Shown: piece by piece, positions 39,414-48,944 of the stretch
Layout: the number at the start of each line of letters is the position of its first letter
How positions within the stretch are numbered: the stretch's first letter is position 1
Source of the DNA: Defluviicoccus sp.
Lineage (GTDB): Bacteria > Pseudomonadota > Alphaproteobacteria > MPNO01
Direction of reading: 5' to 3'
NCBI GenBank assembly: GCA_022826125.1
Contig: JAJDVM010000264.1
Span: 1,553 to 65,552 of the forward strand
DNA: 64,000 nt
The notes under the pieces: generated by a model
Databases searched by the model: none
What the model was told of the DNA's origin: nothing
What the model saw: only the letters and a program-made list of their open reading frames with translations
Translations under genes and position numbers: made by a program

Positions 39414-42185
39414 CTAATGCGCCTCCGCCCAGCTGCGGCCCCGGCCGGTCTCGACGGTGAGCGGCACGCTGAGATGGGCGGCGCCCTCCATCGTCCGGGC
39501 GACCAGGGCGGCGGTGTCATCGAGCTCGCCGTCGGGGACCTCGAACAAGAGCTCGTCGTGCACCTGGAGCAGCATCCGGGCGCCCAGACCCGCGTCTTCG
39601 AGCGCGGCCGGCAGGCGGATCATCGCGCGCTTGATGATGTCCGCCGCCGCGCCCTGGAGCGGCGCGTTGATCGCCGCGCGCTCGGAGAAGTTGCGTCGCG
39701 CCGGGTTCTTGTCGGCGATCGCCGGGGTATGGCAGCGCCGCCCGAACGCCGTCGTCACGTAGCCGTTGGCCCGCGCGAAGGCCTTGGTGGTCTCCATGTA
39801 GTCCCGAATGCCGGGATAGTGCTCGAAATAGGCGTCGATATAGGCCCGCGCCTCGCTCTGCGGGATGCCCAGCTGGCGCGCGAGCCCGAACGGGCTGATG
39901 CCGTAGATGATCCCGAAATTGATCGCCTTGGCGCGGTTGCGGACCGCCGGCTCCATGCCTTCCACCGGCAGGCCGAACACCTCGCCCGCCGTCCGCGCGT
40001 GGATGTCGGCGCCCTCGTGGAAGGCCTGCTTGAGCGCTTCGATGTCGGCGACATGGGCGAGCAGGCGGAGCTCGATCTGCGAATAGTCGGCCGAGAGCAG
40101 CGTGTGGCCGGTCTCCGCCACGAACGCCTCGCGGATCTTGCGCCCGTCCCCGGTCCGCACCGGGATGTTCTGCAGGTTGGGCTCGTTCGAGCTCAGCCGC
40201 CCGGTGGACGCGATCGCCTGGGCGAAGGAGGTATGCACGCGCCCGGTCGCGGGATTGACCGCTTCGGCGAGCGCCTCGGTATAGGTGCTCCGGAGCTTGG
40301 CGAGCTGGCGCCAGTCGAGCACCAGGCGGGGGAGCGCGTGGCCCTGCGCGGCGAGACCTTCGAGGATGTCGGCGCCGGTCCCGTAGGCGCCCTGTTTGGT
40401 CTTCTTGCCGCCTTCGAGCCCCATCTCCTCGAACAGCACGCTGCCGAGCTGCTTGGGGGACCCGATATTGAAGCCGTGCCCGGCCTCCCGGTAGATCTCC
40501 TCGGCGAGCGCCGCGCCCCTGCTCTCGAAATCGCGCGACAGCGCGGCCAGCACCGAAACGTCGACCTTGATCCCGGCCCGCTCCATGCCGGCGAGCACCG
40601 CGACCAGCGGGCGTTCCAACGTCTCGTACACCGTCGCCATGCGGTCCGCGACCAGCCTCGGCTTGAGCAGGCGGTGGAGCCGCCCGGTCATGTCGGCGTC
40701 CTCCGCCGCGTAGTCGCGCGCCGCTTCCAGGGGGACCTCGGCGAAGCCGACCGCCTTCTTTCCCGAACCGGCGACGTCGGAGAATTTGATGTTGGTGTGC
40801 TCGAAATGGAGCTTGCAGAGCTCGTCGAGCCCGTGGCCGTGCATCCCGGCTTCCAGCACGTAGGACAGCAGCATCGTGTCGTCGACCGGCGAGACCGCGA
40901 TTCCGTAGCGCGCCAGCACCTCCATGTCGTACTTGATGTTGTGGCCGATCTTGAGGACGCCGGGATCCTCCAGGAGCGGCTTGAGGGCGGCGAGCGCGTC
41001 CGCCATCGGGATCTGTTCCGGCGGTGCCGCCGCCGGTCCGTCGATCAGGTCCGCCGTCTCTCCCCCCGGCGGCACGTGGGCGAGCGGGATGTAGCATGCC
41101 CGGCCCGGCTCGACGGAAAGCGAGACGCCGACGAGCTCCGCTCGCATCGAATCGAGCGAGGTGGTCTCGGTATCGACCGCGACCGCGCCGGCATATGTCG
41201 CCTCGGCGATCCATCGCGTGAGCGCCGCCGCGTCGGTCACCAGCGAATAGTCCCGCTCCTTCGCCTCCGGCTCCGGCTCCGCGGCGGCATCGCCCGCCTC
41301 CGTCACGCCGACCATCGTCGCGATCTGGGCCAGCATCGACTTGAACCCGTGCCCGCGGAGGAACCCTCCGAGCGTGTCCGCGTCCGGCGGGATCGCGATC
41401 AGATCGTCGACCGCCTGCTCCACCGGCGCGTCGATCCTGAGCGTCACCAGGTCGCGGGAGACGCGCGCCATGTCGGCGTTCTCGATCAGGTTCTGGCGCC
41501 GCTTGGGCTGCTTGATCTCCCCGGCCCGTTGGAGAAGCGTGTCCAGGTCCCCGTAGGTCCGGATCAGCTCCGCCGCGGTCTTGACCCCGATCCCCGGCAC
41601 GCCGGGCACGTTGTCGGTCGAGTCGCCCGCGAGCGCCTGCACGTCGATCACGCTCTCGGGCCCGACGCCGAAGCGCTCGACGACTTCCTCGCGTCCGATC
41701 GTCAAATTCTTGGCCGGATCGAGCATGGAGACGCCGTCGCCCACCAGCTGCATCAGGTCCTTGTCGGACGACACGATCACCACCTCGTGGCCCTCCTCGC
41801 GCGCCATGCGGGCGAAGGTGGCGATCAAATCGTCGGCCTCGAAGCCGGGGAGCTCGATGCACGGCACGTTGAAGGCGCGCGTCGCGTCCCGGATGAGGTC
41901 GAATTGCGGCACCAGCTCTTCCGGCGGGTCGCTCCGGTTCGCCTTGTATTCGGGGTAGATGTCGTTGCGGAACGACACGCGCGAGCTGTCGAAGATCACC
42001 GCGAAACGGCTGGTGCCGGAATCGCTCAGCAGCTTCGCCAGCATCTTCGAGAAGCCGAACACCGCGTTGACCGGGACCCCGTCCGGGTTGGTCATCGGCG
42101 GCAGGCCGTAGAAGGCGCGGAAGATGTAGCCCGACCCGTCGACCAGATAGACCGGTTCCGCGCCGCCTTGTCCGGTCTCCGCCAT
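39414..42185 (-). CDS. polA: DNA polymerase I
   Basis: 923 aa. The 5'-nuclease N-terminus reads YLVDGSGYIFRAFYG. A 3'-5' exonuclease region follows, and the polymerase motifs include DYSQIELR and QVHDELLFE. Confidence 0.97.
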   Translation of the reverse strand: MAETGQGGAEPVYLVDGSGYIFRAFYGLPPMTNPDGVPVNAVFGFSKMLAKLLSDSGTSRFAVIFDSSRVSFRNDIYPEYKANRSDPPEELVPQFDLIRDATRAFNVPCIELPGFEADDLIATFARMAREEGHEVVIVSSDKDLMQLVGDGVSMLDPAKNLTIGREEVVERFGVGPESVIDVQALAGDSTDNVPGVPGIGVKTAAELIRTYGDLDTLLQRAGEIKQPKRRQNLIENADMARVSRDLVTLRIDAPVEQAVDDLIAIPPDADTLGGFLRGHGFKSMLAQIATMVGVTEAGDAAAEPEPEAKERDYSLVTDAAALTRWIAEATYAGAVAVDTETTSLDSMRAELVGVSLSVEPGRACYIPLAHVPPGGETADLIDGPAAAPPEQIPMADALAALKPLLEDPGVLKIGHNIKYDMEVLARYGIAVSPVDDTMLLSYVLEAGMHGHGLDELCKLHFEHTNIKFSDVAGSGKKAVGFAEVPLEAARDYAAEDADMTGRLHRLLKPRLVADRMATVYETLERPLVAVLAGMERAGIKVDVSVLAALSRDFESRGAALAEEIYREAGHGFNIGSPKQLGSVLFEEMGLEGGKKTKQGAYGTGADILEGLAAQGHALPRLVLDWRQLAKLRSTYTEALAEAVNPATGRVHTSFAQAIASTGRLSSNEPNLQNIPVRTGDGRKIREAFVAETGHTLLSADYSQIELRLLAHVADIEALKQAFHEGADIHARTAGEVFGLPVEGMEPAVRNRAKAINFGIIYGISPFGLARQLGIPQSEARAYIDAYFEHYPGIRDYMETTKAFARANGYVTTAFGRRCHTPAIADKNPARRNFSERAAINAPLQGAAADIIKRAMIRLPAALEDAGLGARMLLQVHDELLFEVPDGELDDTAALVARTMEGAAHLSVPLTVETGRGRSWAEAH

Positions 42186-42233
42186 CTCGCCCTCCGTCTG
42201 CCCGGCCTGTCGAGCCGGATGCCCCTTTTATAC

Positions 42234-42263
42234 CGTCATGGTCGGCCTTCGCCGACCATGACG
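42234..42263 (-). terminator. 13-bp perfect stem-loop between folC and polA (candidate folC terminator)
   Basis: CGTCATGGTCGGC-CTTC-GCCGACCATGACG lies 14 bp downstream of the folC stop. No U-tract follows on the minus strand. A TATAAA hexamer follows immediately and could be the polA -10. Confidence 0.4.
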
Positions 42264-42276
42264 TGATGGGACAGGA

Positions 42277-43569
42277 CTAAGTCCCGGCCTGCCCGCCCTC
42301 CTCCGCGAGCACGGCGCCGGCGAGGTAGAGGGAGCCGGCGACCAGCACGCGCGCCGGGCCGGGGTAGCGCCGCGCGATGGCGTCGAGGGCTTCGGCGGCG
42401 GCGGGGCAGGGGTGCGCCTCGACGCCGAGCGCGCGCGCGGCCTCGGCGAGCTGCTCGGGTGCGTGGCAGGCGTAGGTGCCCGGTACCGGGACGCCGTGGA
42501 AGCTCGCGATCCCGCCGGCCAGCGGCGCGAGGAAGTCCTCCGGCGGCCGGACCGCGAGATGTCCCATCACCAGATGCAGCGGCAGGTCCGACCAGCCTCG
42601 CGCCACAAGGGCGAGCGCTTCGCCGGCGGCGCGGTTGTGGCCGCCGTCGACCCAGAGCTCCTGGCCGGGGCCGAGCCGCTCCGACAGCGGGCCGCCTTCC
42701 AGAAGTTGCAGCCGTCCCGGCCAGCGCGCCGCCGCGATGCCGGTCCGGATGGCTCGCTCGTCGAGAGCCGGCCAACCGAGCGCCCGCGCGGCCGCGACGG
42801 CGATGCCGGCGTTCTCCACCTGGTGCGGCCCGATCAGGCCCGGCGGCGGGATCTCCAGCGCGCCCGTTGCGTCGCGGTAGTCCCGGCCGTCCACGCGCCA
42901 TTCCCGCCCGTGCCGCAGGAGCGGCGCGCCGATCTCCGCGGCCCGGGCGGCGATGACCTCGTCCGCTTCCGGGCGCTGCGGCCCGATCGCGGCCGGGACG
43001 CCGGGCTTCAGGATGCCCGCCTTCTCGAAGGCGATCTCCGGGACGGTCTCGCCCAGGAAGTGGACGTGGTCGCGCGAGACCGGCGTAATGACCGAGAGCG
43101 CCGGAGACGCGAGGACGTTGGTCGCGTCGAACCGCCCGCCGAGCCCGGTCTCGATCAGCGCGATGTCGGCTGGCACGCGGGAGAAGGCGAGGAAGGCGGC
43201 CGCGGTGGTGATCTCGAAGAAGGTGATCGGGGCGCCGGCATTGGCCTCCTCGCAGGCCGCGAGCGCCTCGTTCAGCGGTTCTTCCCCGATCGGCCGGCCG
43301 CGCACCCCGATCCGCTCGTTGAAGCGGATCAGATGCGGCGAGACGTAGACATGGGCGCTCAGCCCCGCCGCCTCGCAGATCGCCTTGAGGAACGCGATGA
43401 CCGAGCCCTTGCCGTTGGTGCCGGCGACGTGGACGACCGGCGGCAATTCCCGTTCCGGGTGGCCGAGCGCGGCCAGCAGGCGCTCGATCCGTTCGAGGCT
43501 CAGGTCGATCAGCTTGGGGTGCAGGCGGGTCAGCCGTTCGAGAACGGCGTCACTCCGCAACGGCGGCAT
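42277..43569 (-). CDS. folC: bifunctional folylpolyglutamate synthase/dihydrofolate synthase
   Basis: 430 aa with P-loop HVAGTNGKGS and a Mur-ligase-like body. Confidence 0.9.
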   Translation of the reverse strand: MPPLRSDAVLERLTRLHPKLIDLSLERIERLLAALGHPERELPPVVHVAGTNGKGSVIAFLKAICEAAGLSAHVYVSPHLIRFNERIGVRGRPIGEEPLNEALAACEEANAGAPITFFEITTAAAFLAFSRVPADIALIETGLGGRFDATNVLASPALSVITPVSRDHVHFLGETVPEIAFEKAGILKPGVPAAIGPQRPEADEVIAARAAEIGAPLLRHGREWRVDGRDYRDATGALEIPPPGLIGPHQVENAGIAVAAARALGWPALDERAIRTGIAAARWPGRLQLLEGGPLSERLGPGQELWVDGGHNRAAGEALALVARGWSDLPLHLVMGHLAVRPPEDFLAPLAGGIASFHGVPVPGTYACHAPEQLAEAARALGVEAHPCPAAAEALDAIARRYPGPARVLVAGSLYLAGAVLAEEGGQAGT

Positions 43570-44479
43570 CCGGCGCGGGCGAGGCCGGCGGCGCCGGCAA
43601 TTCCAGCTCGACCTCCGGCTCCCGCGCCTCGACCGGGACGGTCAGGAGGTCGATCAGATCGGCCAGCGTGTCCCGCATTTCGGCGCGCGGGACCACCATG
43701 TCCACCATGCCGTGCTCGAGGAGGTATTCGGCGCGCTGGAAGTTCTCGGGCAGGGTCTCGCGGATCGTCTCCTCGATCACCCGCCGGCCCGCGAAGCCGA
43801 TCGTCGCGCCCGGCTCGGCGATGGCGATGTCGCCCAGCATGGCGAACGAGGCCGAGACGCCGCCGGTCGTCGGATCGGTGAGCACCACGATGTAGGGAAG
43901 CCCGGCCGCCTTGACGCGCTCGATGCCGATGGTGGTGCGCGGCATCTGCACCAGCGACAGGATGCCCTCCTGCATCCGCGCGCCGCCCGAGGAGGGAAAG
44001 ACGATCAGCGCCGCCTGGTCGGCCACCGCGCGGTCGGCGGCGGCGATGATGCCGTCGCCCACCGCGATCCCCATCGACCCGCCCATGAAGCGGAAGTCGA
44101 ACGCGGCGACCACCGCGGGCGCGCCCTTGAGCCGTCCCGCGGCGACCAGGATCGCATCGTCGCCGCCGGTCTGGCCGCGGCTGTCGCGCAGGCGCTCGGA
44201 ATAGCGCTTGCGGTCGCGGAACCTCAGCGGATCGGCCGTGCAGGGCGGCAGCTCGACGGTCTCCCAGCTGTCGGGGTCGAGGATCGAGCTCACCCGCGTG
44301 CGGGCATCGATGCGGAGATGGTGGCCGCAATGGGAACAGACGTGGAGCGCGGCTTCGAGCTCGCGATGGAAGATCATCTGCTCGCATTGCGGGCATTTCG
44401 CCCAGAGGTTTTCCGGGACTTCCTGCTTTTTGCCGACCAGGGCCCGGATCTTGGGCGGGATGTTGGTCAGCCAGTTCAA
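43550..44479 (-). CDS. accD: acetyl-CoA carboxylase carboxyltransferase beta subunit
   Basis: 309 aa. The N-terminus is (L/M)[53 protein letters not shown], containing a zinc ribbon. TTG start at 44479 overlaps the trpA stop. This is the tail of track ORF 43550..44815. Confidence 0.9.
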   Translation of the reverse strand: MNWLTNIPPKIRALVGKKQEVPENLWAKCPQCEQMIFHRELEAALHVCSHCGHHLRIDARTRVSSILDPDSWETVELPPCTADPLRFRDRKRYSERLRDSRGQTGGDDAILVAAGRLKGAPAVVAAFDFRFMGGSMGIAVGDGIIAAADRAVADQAALIVFPSSGGARMQEGILSLVQMPRTTIGIERVKAAGLPYIVVLTDPTTGGVSASFAMLGDIAIAEPGATIGFAGRRVIEETIRETLPENFQRAEYLLEHGMVDMVVPRAEMRDTLADLIDLLTVPVEAREPEVELELPAPPASPAPDAAVAE

Positions 44480-45333
44480 CCGCCGGTCCCCCCGGTTTCC
44501 GGCCCGCGCCCGTTCCGCACCCCGCCGGCCAGCTCGCGGACCAGCGTCTCCACGCCCGCGACGGTCCCGCTTCCGGCCCGCCCGTCGACCAGCGTCGACT
44601 CGATCCGCTGGACGATCGCCGAGCCGACCACCACCGCATCGGCGAAGCCGGCGATCTCCGCCGCCTGGTCGGCGTTGCGCACGCCGAAGCCCACCGCGAC
44701 CGGCAGATCGGTCGCCTTGCGGATTCGCGCGAGTCCGGCGGCTACGTCCCGTGTCATCGCCGACTTCGTCCCGGTAATGCCGGTGACGGAAACGTAGTAA
44801 ACGAATCCTTCGCAATTCGCCAGAATCCGGCGCAGGCGCCCGTCGTCGGTCGTCGGCGCGACGAGGCGGATCAGGGCGAGCCCGGCGGCTTCGGCCGGCA
44901 CCCGCAGCTCCTCGTCCTCTTCCGGCGGCAGGTCGACGACGATGAGCCCGTCCACGCCTGCTTCCTTCGCGTCGGCCACGAACGCCTCGGCGCCGTAGCG
45001 GTAGATCGGATTGAAGTAGCCCATCAGGACGAGCGGGGTGTCGGCGTCGTTTTCCCGGAAGGCGGACGCCATGGCGAGCGTGTCGGCCATCGTCTGCCCG
45101 GCGCGGAGCGCCCGCTCTCCGCCGGCCTGGATCGAGGGGCCGTCGGCCATCGGGTCGCTGAACGGCATTCCGAGCTCGATCAGGTCGGCGCCGAGCTCCG
45201 GCAACCGCGCCAGGATCGCCGACGAGGTCTCGCGGTCCGGGTCGCCCGCCGTCACGAACGGGACGAAGGCCGACCGCCCCTCGTCGGCGAGCGCCGCGAA
45301 CCGCCGGGCGATGCGCTCGCGGCCCCCCGTCAC
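44476..45333 (-). CDS. trpA: tryptophan synthase alpha chain
   Basis: 285 aa from GTG 45333 (GTGA overlap with the trpB stop): ...FVTAGDPD...[18 protein letters not shown]...[10 protein letters not shown]. Confidence 0.92.
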   Translation of the reverse strand: MTGGRERIARRFAALADEGRSAFVPFVTAGDPDRETSSAILARLPELGADLIELGMPFSDPMADGPSIQAGGERALRAGQTMADTLAMASAFRENDADTPLVLMGYFNPIYRYGAEAFVADAKEAGVDGLIVVDLPPEEDEELRVPAEAAGLALIRLVAPTTDDGRLRRILANCEGFVYYVSVTGITGTKSAMTRDVAAGLARIRKATDLPVAVGFGVRNADQAAEIAGFADAVVVGSAIVQRIESTLVDGRAGSGTVAGVETLVRELAGGVRNGRGPETGGTGG

Positions 45334-46538
45334 AGCATGACCCCCAGCGCCTCGGCGACGGTGAACACGTCCTTGTCGCCGCGGCCGCACATGTTCATCA
45401 CCAGCAGGTGGTCCGGCGGCAGGCCGCCCGCGATCCGCGCCACGTGGGCGAGCGCATGGCTCGGCTCCAGCGCGGGCAGGATGCCTTCGAGCCGGCTGCA
45501 CAGCTGGAACGCCTCCAGCGCCTCTTCGTCGGTGACCGAGACGTAGCGCACCCGGCCCACGTCGTGGAGCCAGGCGTGCTCCGGCCCGACGCCCGGATAG
45601 TCGAGCCCGGCCGAGATCGAATGCGCCTCCTGGATCTGTCCGTCGCCGTCCTGCAGGAGATAGGTACGGTTGCCGTGCAGCACCCCTGGTGCGCCCGCGG
45701 TGAGCGAAGCGGCATGGCGCCCGGTGTCGACGCCCTCGCCGGCGGCCTCGACCGCGTGGATGTCTATTTCCGTGTCGTCGAGAAAGGGGTGGAACAGCCC
45801 CATCGCGTTCGATCCGCCGCCGATGCAGGCGACCAGCGTATCGGGCAGCCGCCCCTCGGCGGCGAGGATCTGCTCGCGGACCTCGTTGCCGATCACCGAC
45901 TGGAAGTCGCGCACCATCGCGGGGTAGGGGTGCGGGCCCGCCACCGTGCCGATGACGTAGAACGTATCGTCCACGTTGGCGACCCAGTCGCGCAGCGTCT
46001 CGTTCATCGCGTCCTTGAGGGTGCGGCTGCCGGACGTCACGGGCACCACTTCCGCGCCCAGCAGCTTCATCCGGAAGACGTTGGGCGCCTGGCGCGCGAT
46101 GTCGGTCTCGCCCATATAGACGACGCAGGGAAGGTCGAACAGCGCGCAGACCGTCGCCGTGGCGACGCCGTGCTGGCCGGCCCCGGTCTCGGCGATGATC
46201 CGGGTCTTCCCCATGCGGCGGGCGAGCAGGATCTGCCCCACCGTGTTGTTGATCTTGTGGGCGCCGGTGTGGTTGAGCTCGTCGCGCTTGAAGTAGATCT
46301 TCGCGCCGCCGAGATGGGCGGTCAGCCGCTCCGCGAAGTAGAGCGGGCTCGGCCGGCCGACATAGTGCTCCAGGTAGTAGCCGAGTTCCGCCGCGAAGGC
46401 CGGGTCCTGCTGCGCCGCGCGCCAGGCCCGCTCGACCTCCAGGATCAGCGGCATCAAGGTCTCGGCCACGTAGCGGCCGCCGAACAGGCCGAAACGGCCC
46501 TGGGCATCGGGCCCGTCGCGATAGGTGTTGCGTTCCAC
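45330..46538 (-). CDS. trpB: tryptophan synthase beta chain
   Basis: 402 aa: ...[16 protein letters not shown]...[15 protein letters not shown]... (PLP lysine motif). GTG start with a GGAGAG RBS. Confidence 0.97.
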   Translation of the reverse strand: MERNTYRDGPDAQGRFGLFGGRYVAETLMPLILEVERAWRAAQQDPAFAAELGYYLEHYVGRPSPLYFAERLTAHLGGAKIYFKRDELNHTGAHKINNTVGQILLARRMGKTRIIAETGAGQHGVATATVCALFDLPCVVYMGETDIARQAPNVFRMKLLGAEVVPVTSGSRTLKDAMNETLRDWVANVDDTFYVIGTVAGPHPYPAMVRDFQSVIGNEVREQILAAEGRLPDTLVACIGGGSNAMGLFHPFLDDTEIDIHAVEAAGEGVDTGRHAASLTAGAPGVLHGNRTYLLQDGDGQIQEAHSISAGLDYPGVGPEHAWLHDVGRVRYVSVTDEEALEAFQLCSRLEGILPALEPSHALAHVARIAGGLPPDHLLVMNMCGRGDKDVFTVAEALGVML

Positions 46539-46559
46539 CGTACTCTCTCCGCCGCGCCC

Positions 46560-47207
46560 TCAGGCCCCCTTCGCCGCCTGGATGAATTCGGAGATCAGGG
46601 ACATGTCCTTGACGCCGGGCGCGCTCTCGACGCCGGAAGATACATCAACGCCCGGCGCGCCGCTCGTCCGGATCGCCAGGGCGACGGTGTCGGGCGTGAG
46701 CCCCCCCGACAGCATCCACGGGCAGGGCCAGGACAGGCCCGCGAGCATGCGCCAGTCGAAGGTGAGCGCGTTGCCGCCCGGCATGAACCGCCCTTCGGTC
46801 GACGGCGCCTTGGCGTCGAACAGCAGCCGGTCGGCGATACCGTCATAGGTCCGGGCGGCGTCGATGTCGCCGGGATCGGCGACCTTGATCGCCTTCATCG
46901 CCGGCTTTCCCGTCCGCCGCTTGATCTCCGCCACGCGGTCGGGGCTCTCGTTGCCGTGGAGCTGCAGGAGGTCGAGCCGGGCCACCGAAAGCACCCTGTC
47001 GAGCGCTTCGTCCGGCGGGTCGACGAAGAGCCCGACGACGGTGACGCCGTCCGGCGCGGCGGCGGACAGCTCGGCGGCCTCGTCCGCCGACACGTTGCGC
47101 GGCGAGCGGGGAAAGAACACCAGCCCCACGTCGCTCGCGCCCTCCGCAACCGCGGCCCGCAGCACCTCCACGGTGCTGACGCCGCAGATCTTCACCCGGG
47201 TCGTCAT
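46560..47207 (-). CDS. trpF: phosphoribosylanthranilate isomerase
   Basis: 215 aa from ATG 47207: [11 protein letters not shown]...LLQLHGNE...MLSGGLTPD. This is the tail of track ORF 46560..47486. Confidence 0.9.
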   Translation of the reverse strand: MTTRVKICGVSTVEVLRAAVAEGASDVGLVFFPRSPRNVSADEAAELSAAAPDGVTVVGLFVDPPDEALDRVLSVARLDLLQLHGNESPDRVAEIKRRTGKPAMKAIKVADPGDIDAARTYDGIADRLLFDAKAPSTEGRFMPGGNALTFDWRMLAGLSWPCPWMLSGGLTPDTVALAIRTSGAPGVDVSSGVESAPGVKDMSLISEFIQAAKGA

Positions 47208-47578
47208 CCGGTGCGCGATCTCAGCCGGAATCGCGGCAGCCTGGCGCGGCGCGGCGCGGGCGGTTCGGGAGCCTCCCCGGCCGGTTCGCCCTCGGCCTCC
47301 CTCGCCGCCTCGGCCAGGGTGAGCTGGCGTTCGAGCGCGCTCGCCTTGCGCTTGCCGGCCCGCGCGCGCCGCCGCCATTTGCCGTCCGAGATCCACTGCG
47401 CCGATCCGCCGATCGCCATGCCCACCGCCAATGCGCCGAGCACTGCGATATAGACCGGGATATCGATCTCCAGCGGCAGCGGCCACAGGTTCAACGTCAG
47501 CGCGTGCCGGTTGGCGACGGCGAAGACGACGAACACCGCCGCGACGGGAATGAAGACCAGCCTGTAGAAAATCTTCAT
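47204..47578 (-). CDS. LapA-like inner membrane protein (DUF1049)
   Basis: 124 aa with two TM helices and a charged C-terminal tail. The stop overlaps the trpF ATG by 4 bp. Confidence 0.7.
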   Translation of the reverse strand: MKIFYRLVFIPVAAVFVVFAVANRHALTLNLWPLPLEIDIPVYIAVLGALAVGMAIGGSAQWISDGKWRRRARAGKRKASALERQLTLAEAAREAEGEPAGEAPEPPAPRRARLPRFRLRSRTG

Positions 47579-47621
47579 CCGGGGTCTCGTCCCCGATCGG
47601 TCCAGGTGCCCTCGCCCCGGC

Positions 47622-47906
47622 TCAGGAGTCCGCGTTCAGCCGGTCGCGCAAATCCTTGCCCGCCTTGAAGAAGGGCACGTATTTCTTCTCGACGTTGACC
47701 GATTTCCCGGTGCGCGGATTGCGGCCGACCCGCTCTCCCCGCTCCTTGACGGAAAAGGCGCCGAAGCCGCGCAGCTCGACGCGGCCGCCACGGTAGAGGG
47801 CGTCGGAGATCTCATCGAAGATGGTGGAAACGATGCGCTCTATGTCCCGCCGGAACAAGTTGGGGTTCTGATCGGCGAGACGCTGGATCAACTCGGACTT
47901 GGTCAT
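47622..47906 (-). CDS. ihfB: integration host factor beta subunit
   Basis: 94 aa: [11 protein letters not shown]...[49 protein letters not shown]. Confidence 0.9.
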   Translation of the reverse strand: MTKSELIQRLADQNPNLFRRDIERIVSTIFDEISDALYRGGRVELRGFGAFSVKERGERVGRNPRTGKSVNVEKKYVPFFKAGKDLRDRLNADS

Positions 47907-47992
47907 CCGCGGCCGTTCCCCGACTCGTTCCGTCTCCGCTGGCCTTCGATCATCCTCTCCGGCGGGCGGCCGGCGGCTGTCGTCAGGACGCG

Positions 47993-48904
47993 TCAGCGCA
48001 ATCCAGCGTGCCAGACGGATACCAGACCGTCAAGCGTAAGCCGTTCAGAAAAAATGGTTCTTTCGCCCAGAGACGCCGCCCGGTCGAGCAGTCGGGCGAA
48101 CCTGTCGGCTTCTCCCACGTCGCGAACCGGGAGGCCCGCCGCGACGCCTTTCTCGGCTTCGAGCCAGGCAACCGCGTCGGTTTCCCCGCCGATCGCATCG
48201 ATCAGATCGGCATCCATCGCCTGCCGTCCGGTGAGCACCCGCCCGTCGGCGACCCTCGCCAGCCCGGCGCCCTCCAGCCCGCGCCGTTCGGCCACCAGGT
48301 CGAGGAACATCCGGTGGCTGTCGGCGATCAACTCCTGCAAGACCTCGCGGCCGTCGTCGGTGAGCTTCTCGAAGCCCGACGGCATCGCCTTGAGCGGGCC
48401 GCTGCGGATCGTCTCGGCGCCGATCCCGAGCTTGTCGAGGAGGCCCGAGATCTCCGTGGTGTGCATCACGACGCCGATCGATCCGGTGATGGTGCTGCGG
48501 CGGGCGACCACGCGATCCGCCCCGATCGCCGCCATGTAACCGGCGGAGGTCGCGAGCCCGCCGAGGACGGCGACCACGGGTTTCCTGTCGGCGACGGCGC
48601 GAAGCGAGCGGTAGAGGGATTCGCCGCCGACCACGGTGCCGCCCGGGCTGTCGATCCGGACGATCAGCGCCCGCGCGTTGTCGTCCTCCGCGATTCCCGC
48701 GAGCGCCCGGTTTCGCCGGACGTCCTCGACGATCAGCCCCTGAACCGCGTGGCGCGCGATGTAGTCGCCGCCGCCGATATCCGAGAAACGCCCGAAGGCG
48801 GCGAGCCCCGCGAGCAGCACGGCGAGGATGCCGAGCCCCCGCCAGAACGACAGCCGCCGCTTCAGGCGCCGCCGGTCGATCAGGTAATCCGCGTCGAGTG
48901 CCAT
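47993..48904 (-). CDS. sppA: signal peptide peptidase SppA (36K type)
   Basis: 303 aa with an N-terminal TM helix: ...[14 protein letters not shown]...ATSAGYMAA...TGSIGV. Confidence 0.85.
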   Translation of the reverse strand: MALDADYLIDRRRLKRRLSFWRGLGILAVLLAGLAAFGRFSDIGGGDYIARHAVQGLIVEDVRRNRALAGIAEDDNARALIVRIDSPGGTVVGGESLYRSLRAVADRKPVVAVLGGLATSAGYMAAIGADRVVARRSTITGSIGVVMHTTEISGLLDKLGIGAETIRSGPLKAMPSGFEKLTDDGREVLQELIADSHRMFLDLVAERRGLEGAGLARVADGRVLTGRQAMDADLIDAIGGETDAVAWLEAEKGVAAGLPVRDVGEADRFARLLDRAASLGERTIFSERLTLDGLVSVWHAGLR

Positions 48905-48944
48905 AGCTGCGCCGCCGCGGCGGGACTACGCGGGCCGGGACGCG

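Noticed and set aside
39417-42266. A 949-aa plus-strand ORF and a 781-aa minus-strand ORF overlapping polA
   Set aside because: These are mirror or alternative frames of polA with low-complexity composition. polA's own frame carries all the polymerase I motifs.
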